64,000 nucleotides of DNA, from assembly GCA_965213685.1 (NCBI GenBank), contig CBDBZY010000064.1, positions 1,408,001 to 1,472,000 of the forward strand. The letters are read 5' to 3'. A program made the translations under genes and the position numbers. The stretch comes from a bacterium (GTDB lineage Bacteria > UBA8248). Positions 11,350 through 22,403 of this stretch are shown one piece after another. Under the pieces are notes generated by a model that saw nothing but the letters and a program-made list of their open reading frames with translations, did no database searches and was not told the DNA's origin. Numbering within the stretch: the first letter of the stretch is position 1; each line of letters opens with the position of its first letter.

Positions 11350-12150
11350 GTGAGGTAGGATCATCTAATTTGGATGTGCCACGAACCTCTGACTTCGACC
11401 TCATCATGGTCCGTATTGCATTCCATAGCTTTGGTTCACCAGCAACACCATCACCTCTTCCAATGTAGGGCTCAATCTGGGTATGTATGAGACTGTTCAT
11501 ATGGCCAATGTCAATTATATCACATAACCCATACCCACACCTGTTCTGACACTTTCCACCAGGGGCCTCAAATCATCATTGCTGGTGGGGTTATTTTGTT
11601 TCAGCAGTGCCAAATGTGACTCATAACATGTAAAGTATACACGATCATTCTTGGCAATATCCCCTATGAAATCTGTGTGCTGATGTAGGTATGCCTGAAC
11701 TACATGTACCTCCGGCTCTGGACAGGGCCTATCATTTCCCACCTGCAAGCATCTACCACATGTCCGACAGTTCCTTTGCCGTGTTTCCAGTACACCATAC
11801 ACTGCAGTAATGGTGCTTGCAAAGGGGTGTAGGGGTAGGAAGAGGATGAGTCATAAATTTTATGTCTGGTGGGAGCACACCAGCACTAATTGTAGCATGT
11901 GCGAATGAGAGTGTAGTACAGTTAAGCACACAACATGGACTTTTTGAGTTTGTCCTCCCCCTTTCCCACCTAGGTGTATGACTTAGGTCTGCTATCACAC
12001 ATGTAACATCCTGTCTGCAAGGGCGGCATACCAAAGAGTCTGAAGACGTAACCATGGACAGCACATATCTCCGTGCATGCACATTCTTCCACTCCTTAGG
12101 TGAACTGATGTGGCTGTGGCAGTCCTGACAGAGATCACAGAGGTCTAAGG
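11350..12150 (-). pseudogene. Degraded Cys-rich (zinc-finger-like) ORF, probably transposon-derived
   Basis: Frameshifted pieces 11753-12082 and 11515-11802 with CxxC/CxxH clusters (VCRPCR, LCKHHY, CRTCGRC, CYESH); no family recognised. Confidence 0.35.
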
Positions 12151-13057
12151 GGATCCAAGAACTCTAGTTGTCTTTTACTTCTCTTATTTGAAGCAAATTA
12201 TATCGTATATATACATGTACGCTGCAAATTACTGTTTACCTTGTGCACATTCCATGGCGCACGGCTTCCACATGGAGCGATTTATCATCGTTTTTTGGAG
12301 TGTCATAACTCTGAGACTACAGCCCGGAACAAAATTTGTTTTTTTGTTACCTATGCCTTCATAATCATAGAGCGTTAGGCTAACAATTTAGAGCAATAGC
12401 GGCCTGCCAAAATAGTTTCCTCACTGCTTTTGCCGAGCTACCCGAAATAAATGTAGCTCGCTTCTAACCTCTGTTGCGCAGCTCCAGGACGGAGTCACCG
12501 CTCATGACTTGCTAGAGGCTAAGTCCTATAGTATATCTCTCAATAGCTTGACTGACTACAGCCTAGCTAACATCAGTGCGTGGAAACGTCTAGGTGAATA
12601 TGTAATTAGAAACGAATACCTTTGACCGCACACTCGCGCAGGCGAACTTCCGCTGCAAATAAAATTGTACACGTATGATGTACTTCCGGTTCCATTGGCG
12701 ACACGACTGGCGTGGCATAACGGTACGCCTCTACCTCTGGAGTTCCGTACCGTGCAGAGACTACAGCCAACTGCTCGCTCTTCAACTTTTCAGTGCCTAA
12801 TGTGCACATGGTATAGTCTCATGAATCAGACTCTCTCTAAGGGAGAGAGTCTGACAAACATGGCATAGGGCACTCGTGTTGCTGAGTCAGGACTGTTAAG
12901 AGTACTTGTAGTAACTATGGTTTTCGCACTCACAACTGTCAAAACCACTTAAGCGCAGTAATGAGTAATGTACACGGCGTAAGCTCGCGTGCACATTCTA
13001 AAAGAAGAGCTATCGTTGAAAGTGCTCGAACTTTAGGTTATAGCGAGCTAAAAGACA

Positions 13058-14803
13058 TGTCACCGGAATTTTGGTCCGGGCGATTTCGGACAGGACGGAC
13101 CAAAATCTCCGATATTGTTCCGCGGGGATTTTGGTCCGACTCCAGTTATTTTGGTCCGGGGCGGTCTGCTGCGGACCAAAATCGTTCCGCTGGGATTTTG
13201 GTCCGCCGGACCAAAATCACTAGTGATTTTGGTTTGACTCCAGCTATTTTGGTCCGGGGCGGTCTGCTGCGGACCAAAATCTCCGATATTGTTCCGCGGG
13301 GATTTTGGTCCGCCGGACCGTAATCACAAGTGATTTTGGTCTGACTCCAGGTCCGGGGCAGTCTGCGGTTCAACCCGCAGGGACATCGATCCGCCGGACC
13401 GAAATCGCCAGTGTGTTTTTGGTCCGGTCTGGTAGCGACTGTGCTTGCAGCAATGCAGTTCAAAACGTAGCCATAAGGCCAAAACGTGTATATCACTGTG
13501 ATAGATCCTGTAGCAGAGTCCTTTATAACAACAGTACAAAATATTTAACAAACAACATTTACAAACCAAGCAAGAACAAAACAGTACAACTACTTTCTAC
13601 AACTACTACAGAACCATGTATCCTGCTTCCAAGCAGCCTCTGGCACTTGGAGAGTGAAACCACTTACGACAACAGTCACAACAGATCATGCTCATATCTT
13701 CAGGCTGTCTGCATGAGCAAAACACTTTGACAGGTATTGTACAGAGTGACTTCTGCTTTCTTTTATGTCGAACTCGACAAGAGAATGCAGAGATTGAGTT
13801 TTGCATCAAGCACTGCAACAGGTGATCACACATCAAATGCTGCACATATAGTTGATTTTACCAGGGTCTTCGCCACCGCAGAGTGATGTGGCAAATGCTA
13901 ATGCATATAGTCCACAATCATTAGAGCCCATCTGCTTCTGCACATGCTGAATGTGCAAAACTATACTTTTATTCTTTGTGAATAAAAGTGCAGCAACCTG
14001 TTGCTTTGTTCGTCTTGGTACACGGGTATTCGGGCCGCTGTCATATATATTAATATGTCCTGGCTGGCAACCAATGTTGGACACAGTTATCCAGTGACAG
14101 CCTGAAACATTCAAAATCTGGACAAACTCTCCTTTTGGAATGTCAAAGGCAAGTGTCTCTCCTAAGATGTTTGCTTTCTTCAGTAGCACCATGATGTTAT
14201 CATTAAGCCATTTTCCTCCTGCAATGATCTCCTTATCTGAAGCGTAGAGTCGCAGAGAGAGCTGACAGCTAGCCTAAAGCTCTCCATGACGACTTACTAA
14301 GAACACTTTTCCAACAGCTACACTCGCATAGATGGCAGAGAGGTGGTAATGTGCTCTATCTGGGTACTTCGAGACTAGCGGATGCTATCTATCCGGCTGC
14401 AACTCGGCCTGCAACCAATCAAATTGAGCTCTCCGGGATAGCAGTCCCGAGCTAAAGCGCATCACCTGCATCAGCTTGGATCCTAAAGGCACTACTACAG
14501 AGTCAGAAGGCTCTCTATGTAGGGATGGCGCCGACACACCCTGAGTGCGCGTACATCAAACTCGCGACGTTTCGCGTCCGTTCTAAGCCTTTCTGGGCAC
14601 CTAGCTGTCCTATGCCAGCGTTTCTCAACCTAATGATACCTCCCAAATACCTAAAATGCATCCTTTGACTTACTCACAGAAAACCAACTTGAGGATATGT
14701 ACCGGACCGTTATCCCCAATGCGGACCATTTTATCTATTGCACAATTTCAGAGTAAATGGTCCCCCGGACCAAAATCCCTGACGGACCAAAATCTCGGTG
14801 ACA
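13058..14803 (-). mobile_element. Ginger1-like DNA transposon derivative carrying Ulp1 protease + PHD finger
   Basis: TIRs TGTCACCG..TTTTGGTCCG / GGACCAAAATCTCGGTGACA; 4-bp TSD GACA (13054-57, 14804-07); many TTTTGGTCCG subterminal repeats. Confidence 0.8.
13606..14240 (-). pseudogene. Ulp1/C48-like cysteine protease followed by PHD finger (frameshifted)
   Basis: KWLND..; FVQILNVSGCHWITV..IYDS..QKQMGSNDCGLYALAFA (H-D-Q-C arrangement); then VFCSCRQPE..MICCDCCRKWFH. Confidence 0.8.
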
Positions 14804-15407
14804 GACATGCAGATAGAAGCCATTGCCAAGCAAATTCAATGGGAGAGGAGCTCCAAGCCTCGTAGAGTACGTCTAACAGTGGTACAGCTGTCACCATAGA
14901 ATCTTTTCCTTCTCCTAGGATCAGGGGGCACAACTCCCCTACGGAGGCAGCGCAGCATCTTCAGTACAGTGGAATGCGATTGCGTTGAGAAATTGCGTTT
15001 TTCCGTTCTCCGTTCCGGAATAGACCTCAGAAGCCCGCCTTCTGCGTATGTGCCTCGCCCTCAAGGCGGAAATGGGGAACACAGAAGGCGACGATCTCCT
15101 CCCCGACATTGCGCTTCCTCAGAGTCGCGGATCTCCTGAAGCGGGTGCATACTGGGATGCCCGTTGTCACACTAGGGTCGGTCCATTTCCGTGGGAGAAT
15201 GACAGTCACCAGGAGATCAATTTTGACGTAAGGATACGAACACTCCTTCTCTTTAACGTGCATTCTAATAAAAGCTCGCTTCAGGGTTGTGTGTACTCTA
15301 GGTTTAAAAACAAAAATATCATGATGTAAGTGTGTTCCTGTAAGTGGTGATGTATGCTATTGTCAATCTTTCTACAGTGTTCCTGAAGTAGTAAAACATC
15401 TACAAGG

Positions 15408-16169
15408 GTGAACATAAACTCAAAAGTGTTCCACCAATATTCAGTTAAGGTGATGAATCCAAAGCGGAGAACAAGTTTTTACGTACACAACATGACAACT
15501 ACACAGAAGTTTCTTTCAAAAGAAGAAACGATGGATGTGTTGTGTAAGGAACTGGGCAGCAAGGTTGAAATGGTTGGATTTCTATCACCTGGACATGGGC
15601 TAAAGGGGAAGCACAATGTTTTAAATAGTGATAGTGATCTTGCACAAATGTATGAGGAGTATAGATTGAAGCGATGTGTTATACGACTATGGTGTCTGTG
15701 TGAAACGAAAGATAATGCTGTTGCTGTTGATACAAAGAAGCGTGGTCATGAAAGTGAAGAAGGTGAACCATTGTCAAGCACTAAGAGGAGCACCTGTCAA
15801 CAATGCATGCAAGCAATTGAGGATATTGTTGATAAGCTGCGTGAAAAACATGAAGGAGAATTCTCTATTGAGAAGCTTAACGCATGGGGTCATATGATAC
15901 ATATGGGCAAACATGCTTCGTATGATAACCCACCAGACTTGCCCTACTTTAAAAAGTGTTCTAAGAAGAGTGGATCTGCTGCACAGCCAATTGTTGACCA
16001 CGTGGTGTCTAATCTGTCCCCTGCAAAACGAGTCCAGTTACGTAGCGAATGTATTGATCAGCTATCCAAGTTGCACTCTTTGTTGGAAAAGGGTGGAATG
16101 CCCACTGAACAGTATAATGCACTGCAGAAGGCAATATTTACTGACATTAAAAACTTTCAGCAGAAATAA
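15408..16169 (+). CDS. Cargo ORF of IS630-like element; possible PB1-like N-terminus and SHOCT-like C-terminus
   Basis: 253-aa open frame inside the TIRs; C-terminal QLSKLHSLLEKGGMPTEQYNALQKAI resembles SHOCT; true start unclear. Confidence 0.55.
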   Translation: MNINSKVFHQYSVKVMNPKRRTSFYVHNMTTTQKFLSKEETMDVLCKELGSKVEMVGFLSPGHGLKGKHNVLNSDSDLAQMYEEYRLKRCVIRLWCLCETKDNAVAVDTKKRGHESEEGEPLSSTKRSTCQQCMQAIEDIVDKLREKHEGEFSIEKLNAWGHMIHMGKHASYDNPPDLPYFKKCSKKSGSAAQPIVDHVVSNLSPAKRVQLRSECIDQLSKLHSLLEKGGMPTEQYNALQKAIFTDIKNFQQK

Positions 16170-16392
16170 TGTTGTGAGTACATGCAAGGATATAGTTCAG
16201 TACACCTGGTGTCATCATTACTCAAGGATATTATCTCAAACTGACGCTGCATTTCATTTGTGTTTCTACTTCCATTGATGTGTGTAAACAAAACTCAGTT
16301 CAGCAATACAATATTGTTTGTGTTTCTACTTCCATTAATGTGTGTAAACAAAGCTCAGTACAGTATTGTGGATTAGCATAATGTGCATGTGT

Positions 16393-17343
16393 TTACTTAG
16401 CATATCCAGAATGAGTAATCCATGCCTCACAGTGATTCTTGGTTATTGCATCAAAACCAGCTTGCAGTACATCTGAAGGGTCTGGCAATGATTGCAGCAG
16501 CTCATCATGTTTTAGGTATTGTTTAACAAAACTGAATGCCTCTTCGACTGGGTTTAAATCTGGGCTATATGGAGGAAGGAACAGGACAACAATTCCAGCG
16601 TTTGAAAGCAGCTCAGTTACATCAGGAATGTGGTGCACAGAGCAGTTGTCCAAAACTAGCACAGAGTGTGAACTACTTCCATCAAACGCTCTCATCTTAG
16701 GAATGAGTGTTCCCCTGAGAAATTCAAAGAATTTTCTCCATTAACTGAATCTTTTGTGATTTCTGTTGCCAAAACTCCCTCAGCCGTTATTGCAGCAATC
16801 GCGTTGACTCTTTGCCCTCTACAAAGAAATCGGTGGCTAACAGGAGTTGTCCCTCTAAGTGTGTAGCCAAACTTCCTCAAACTATCTCTTCTGTCTGCAC
16901 CACTTTCATCGAGCCATACAAACATATTCCGCTGAAACATGAAAGTCTGAGACATGAATGTTCCTCGTAGTGCATCGCATTGTTGTAATGCGACTTGCCT
17001 TTTTTTTTAGTCCGTACCTTTGCAAAAGCCTACATATGGTTGATGGAGACACTTCAATGTCAAAAGTAGACTTGACAGACTGACACATCTCGGAGAGGTA
17101 CAAAGGAGGATTTGCAAGTACTAAACCTACTACATAGAGTTCAGCTCTGTCAGTTAATCTCCTTAAGTTGTGCTCACTGGCTTGCTGGGTTACTTCAATA
17201 CCTCCAGTTCGGTGGAATTGAGTATAAATAAGATTCTTGGCAATTTTCTCAAATGTTAGGTTCCTTGCAATTCTTTGGTAGACTATTCTCCATCTGAGAT
17301 CCGAAGAGTAAGCCTTCTTTCTGGCTGGCTCTGCTGTAAACAT
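16393..17343 (-). pseudogene. IS630-type DDE transposase, two frameshifts
   Basis: HTH region KKAYSSDLRWRIV..LYLSEM..VSPSTICRLL; FVWLDESG; VLVLDNCSVHH; FLPPYSPDLNPVEEAFS. Confidence 0.9.
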
Positions 17344-17665
17344 TTTCAAGCTCTGCGCAAGACGGAAATACACGGATTACTGTACACGTAATGAGGGCGG
17401 AATTCCGGAACCACGGAATTTCTCAACGCAATTGAAAAGCGCTGCAGAGTCGTTGTGCGCAAGCTGTGACGTGGCCTCTGTCACGAGTGTTGTTGCACTT
17501 GTACGCGTTCACACGGGCCTACGCTAAACCACAACCACGCATCTAATTGATTGTCCACGATTTTCGTGGCCCCTCACGACTCAATGTACGCATGTTTGCC
17601 AGACTCTCTTCCGCAGGTAGAGAGGCGTGGTTTACGAGACTACACATGGTAGAAGTGGTACAGTG

Positions 17666-18251
17666 TAGTCTGGCGTAGCCTGACTATTCGCGCTACGCGG
17701 AAGTAGTCAGGGGACGTTAGCATCAATGACTTGTATCTCTGCAACTATAGTTGCAGTCCAATCAGATTGCAGCAAAATCACTAATTGTCCGTGGAATGTA
17801 ATCAACGCACGGCGCCCGCGTAGCTGAACGGGCGGTAGTGCCTTCTGACACCAGCGGCTAGCCTTCTGACAGAGAAGCGATCGCGGCGAACGCTGCTAAC
17901 AAGGCCCAACAGGGCCTGGGATATGCATTCCTGAAACCTGAACAGCTACAGGTTGTGGCAGATGTGTTGTTTGGACGCGATGTCTGTGGAGTGGCCTCGG
18001 AAAGACTGTACTACGCAGTACTTTCGCCTACATTTGACCAAGTGTACGCTGGCAGCCACCCGTCCATTGTCCTGGTAGTATCTATACTGACAGCCATCAG
18101 AGGCTGGGGCCGGCCGGGGGATGTGTATGCGTTCACGTGATAACAGCGCGCGCATTATTACGTAATGTCACATTCCTGAGATACAGGTCGTAGATACTAA
18201 CGTCCCCTGACTACTTCCGCGTAGCGCGAATAGTCAGGCTACGCCAGACTA
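17666..18251 (+). mobile_element. AcademH-like MITE with RecQ fragment
   Basis: ~70-bp TIRs TAGTCTGGCGTAGCCTGACT.. / ..AGTCAGGCTACGCCAGACTA; TSD GGTACAGTG (17657-65, 18252-60); internal LGYAFLKPEQLQVVADVLFGRDV. Confidence 0.88.
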
Positions 18252-19608
18252 GGTACAGTGTGCAAAAAATATCGCCCCGTCCACTTCCTGTGTCAAGCCT
18301 AGAATGCGGACGGCTGCCGCTGCGCGAGCGTGGAGGGTCCGACACGCTGAGGACCCCCCCCGGAATTGGCCGGACCAACTTCAGATTACTTCCGCCGGGG
18401 ATGTGTAGCTAGGCATGATGGCGCTTTGGCGTTGGATGACAGGTTGCAGATAATAAGAAACGACTAGCTTGTCAGACTGATAAAACTTGTTCATATGTGT
18501 ATGAATGCGTTTCGTGACTACGTGTACATGTGAGCTACAGATAGCTGATCCACAGATGGTCAGAATACGAACAGTAATTCCATGACATAAGAGGGAGACC
18601 TTGTAATTGAAGGACTCCGGTCAAAAAAGGGCATTAAAACACTTCGAGGTAAAAATAAGACTTTTGCATGCAGAGTAACGGACTATGACTCAACTATCTG
18701 CTGCCGAAGTATTACAGTCTAAATATATGTCTTGTGTGATTTATAACTTTCAACCTCGCACCAAAAGGGCCTTGTCATATACTTTCACCTCTTTCTGCAT
18801 TCGCCGTGTGGGTAGTTCGCAATATTCGTAGTCTAGAAAGAGCCTTGAAACGCCCATAAGGTAGAGCAAACAGAAGAAACATTCGTGCACAACCCCGAGG
18901 CTTCCAAATATTTTTTTTATTCGTATATTTAAAGAAGAAAACCCGTAAACTAAACCGTAAATCTTTAATGGCCGTTTTCTCAAAGTATACGAACGTCGTT
19001 TTAACGCCCTTTTTGACCGGAGGCCTTCAATTTCAGGTGCGGAAGGCTGCCATCAAACGCATAAGTGCCATCATAGTGGCCATACTCAGCTGGCAAAGGT
19101 ATATAAGTTTGTCTGCTAGCTATATCGCTCTTTACATTGCATGTGCAAACTATCCGGCTGAAGTTGAAGGCTACTGCAGCAAAGGTTTGTAGTGCAAATA
19201 GCATCAGCTAGGCATGGTGGCGCTTCGGTGTTGATTGGCAGCTTGCAGACAATAAAAAGTGACTAGCTTGTCATACTGATGAATGTGTGCGAGTGCGTTT
19301 TGCAAATAACATGCTTCTAAGCTCGCATAACCGTAATGACGTAAGAGTAAGATCCTGTAATTTCGGGTGCGGCTTTTGTTCTGTTGAACGGTGTACACTT
19401 TTTCTTTACGAAGAGAAAAACGGAATGTTGCGCATGCGCAAACAGTGTGGATCACGTCCTCTCCCCGATTTGTGGGAGGGGCCTGGGTTCGAGGCTAGCA
19501 AAGTTTTTAAAGGTGTACGTACATATAATCATATAATTGCTTGGTTTCTCCGTTGAATAGTACACACATTGTACATTTGTGCACCCACAGTTGTTGCAAC
19601 AACTGTAC

Positions 19609-20565
19609 CAGGCCCGTACGCAGAATTCTTAAAAGGGGGTTCGATGACTTCTTTGGCAAAGTGCTGATAATGCGCTGTAATCTGAATTACACATGCGGGC
19701 GCCAGGTCTTTTGAAGTGGGGTGGGCATGAAGCAGGGTGTAGAACTCGAGTATGAAGTGATACGCTAGCGAGAGTTGTGGCGCGCGAAGCGCGCCCTAGT
19801 AGGGGGTCTTGGGGCATGCCCCCCCAGAAAAAATTTGAATTTTAGTCATGCTGAGATCGCATCTAGAGTAATTTGGGAGTAATACTACAAGAGTAAATTG
19901 CATGTTACAAAACCTAGCTTTGACGGCTAAAGTTAGTGAGCAACTGTACATGCATGCAACCTAGTAATTTAGATCTAGTGATGCGAGCGCTTTGAGCGCG
20001 TAAGCACTCATGCAACGAAGAAGACTATGCCCCAGAAAGCTATCCGCTTAGTTGATGAAAGCGGCTGCGAAGTTACGTCTGATAGCGTACTCTCTGAAAG
20101 AGAGGAAACTGTGGAAGTCAGCATCCACGGCGCCTTTGCGTCTGGAAACGTGACAAAAAATACCATGCCTTCTTCTGTAGCATGTGTAAGAATCTGCACG
20201 CGCATACGACACGATAATCGCCTGGCAGCGCCAATCGCGACACTGTTTAAGTGAATTGAACTATTCGAGGTGCCGACTATGTATCTGGGCATGGAGATAT
20301 CGTAATTTTGGGGGAGGGAGCCAAAAACTGGGGCGGTCATGGCCGCCCTGGCCGCTCCTGTGGCACCGGCCCGCCTTCACAGTTCATCGATCCCAGAACT
20401 GAGCGGTAATCAGCGTAGCCCCGTTGCGCATCGTGAACTGGTCCATGTAGAATTCGCCGTGCGTGAGGTGAAGCTTCCCGGAGTTCTACACAGCTTTCTA
20501 ACGGTAATTAAGGGTATGCCTGCGGAAAGGGGAGTTCGTCCGAACCCCCCCTGCGTACGGGCCTG
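19609..20565. mobile_element. hAT-like MITE with 5-bp TSD
   Basis: TIR CAGGCCCGTACGCAG / CTGCGTACGGGCCTG flanked by TGTAC on both sides. Confidence 0.75.
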
Positions 20566-20574
20566 TGTACTATC

Positions 20575-22060
20575 AGAGAGTCGGTAGACTCTCTATGTAG
20601 GGATGGCACCGACACGCCCATAGTGTGCGTACATTAGAAAGCCTTCTAAACTCTTTAGCGCTCGCGTTCTAAGCCTTTCTAGGTACATAGCTATCATATT
20701 CCAACCTTTCTCTATCCAACCATACCCCCCACGTAGCTAAAATGCATCGCCACACTTGCCGACAGAAAACCGCTGAAAGATCAAATTATTTATCTTCATC
20801 TTCTTAAGAGATTTTGTCAAACGGCCTACGTCAGAAGTGGCTGAAGTTTTAGCCGTGGTTTTCGCACCAATCACCTTTATTCGTGTGTGCGCAGTGCCTT
20901 TTACTAACAAATCGATGGTATCTTGGCAAACCTTGGTGAACAAAGTCTATAGAAGACATTTGTCTAATAATGTCACGTGGCATAACTTCGAGCACGTGAG
21001 AGATAACGTGGAGACCACGCCTAGCGCCGCGCTAGCTGAGCGACTCTCTTGTGGGAATAGCGCAGACACTTCCTATTCAAAGGAGCTCTACGTAAAGGCT
21101 AGACGCTATGCATAACGACGTCTCTGAGAGAGTCGGTACACTCCCTATGAAGCAATCGCACCGACCCGCCCATAGTACGTATACACTCGCCCCGGCAGTG
21201 TTCTATCATAGCTATTATCTATGGTTCTATATACACATAGCCGTTGCTTGACCTACGTACGCGCATGCGTGGTCGCTCACGCATGCGCTTACGTTGAAGC
21301 ACTATTACCAGACTTGAAAGATTTCAGAACGAGATTGGCCGAAGAATTCTCCAGCTGCCAAAACATTTCTCTGGTACAGCCGTCAGATTGGCTCTTCAAG
21401 TAGCATCTTACTTCAATGTACTATTAAAGCTACACCTATTATCGCTAGAACACCTACAATATAGCTACTGTAGCAGCTGATTTCATTTTCCTTATGTTTG
21501 CATGCAACAAATGTTGATGATGCTTGGCAGTCACATACATGCAGTGAGTAGCTAAGAACTTTTTAAAGGGGCTCAGCCCCTTCCCCAAGTGGTGGTCCTC
21601 AACTTTATATACTCCCAGCCCATGACACATAGCATAAGTTGTCTGTGGTCACGAGTTTGTTTTTTAGTGCCTGAAGGAAGTGCACTAGAATAGCACCCTC
21701 CTATATGGTGTACTATTATACACCAAAAAATGACACAAACAAGTAAATAAAACATTTTCCAAAAATGTACAGGGATGTAGGGATGGCAGTGCCAAAAACC
21801 ACAACAACTAGGTGTAGAGACAGGGCATACAAACACTGCACAAATAACCCCATCCCTACATCTTTTTTTCATGCACAATATTGTGTCCCAGTAATCTTAC
21901 AGCATAAAGAAATATGTCACGTACAAAAAAAAAGATGTAGGGATGGGGTTATTTGTGCAGTGTTTGTATGCCCTGTCTCTACACCTAGTTGTTGTGGTTT
22001 TTGGCACTGCCATCCCTACATCCCTGTACATTTTTGGAAAATGTTTCATTTACTTGTTCA
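20575..22060 (+). repeat. Dispersed ~1.5-kb repeat family starting with hairpin AGAGAGTC-GGTA-GACTCTCT and ending in a ~130-bp-arm palindrome
   Basis: GACTCTCTATGTAGGGATGGC..CATAGTGTGCGTACA..AAGCCTTTC block recurs at ~14500, 20575, 21125, 26012, 51235, 52335, 62728, 63300, 63570. Confidence 0.75.
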
Positions 22061-22403
22061 CAATAAGTTAATCTTTCATGTATACACAGGTGTAACAAAT
22101 AACGTGTCTAACACATGAGGAGATACATGTACATGTACGTATACACACACCTTTCTAACTGCCACAGAGTGTGGTCTATCACCAATGTTGGATTCACTCT
22201 ACATGCAAAGATCTGACAATGAGGATATTGATGTTTGATTTGTATATAAAGAAACTTGGAATAAGGTTTGAATAGCAATACCTCACTCCCTATTAGAAGG
22301 TGGAGGCAAGGGAGGGTGCATATAAAGACACTAGTAGCTCTGTAGTTGATTGAAAAGGAGTTCAGAAGTGCCAGACATCAAAGAAAAAGTGTTCACACAC
22401 ATA

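Larger units (their letters stand above)
14967..17443 (-). mobile_element. IS630/Tc1/mariner-superfamily element with transposase and convergent second ORF
   Basis: Imperfect TIRs containing ATTGCGTTGAGAAATT (~14979) and AATTTCTCAACGCAATT (~17417) plus TTCCGGAA; exact ends uncertain. Confidence 0.7.
12814..17642 (+). mobile_element. AcademH-like non-autonomous element (TAG..CTA, 9-bp TSD) hosting Ginger-like and IS630-like insertions
   Basis: TSD CACATGGTA at 12805-12813 and 17643-17651; ends TAGTCTCATG / TTTACGAGACTA; RecQ N-terminal fragment AIVESARTLGYSELKD^MQIEAI. Confidence 0.8.

Noticed and set aside
10340-11500. ORFs of 284-386 aa on the minus strand
   Set aside because: Translations of the minisatellite; all three frames are open, with no protein signal.
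12961-13730. ORFs across the TTTTGGTCCG array
   Set aside because: Translate Ginger subterminal repeats; only the first RecQ-like residues are meaningful.
15071-15325. Upstream exon for the IS630 cargo ORF
   Set aside because: Good GTAAGT donor, but the nearest acceptor gives in-frame stops; unresolved.
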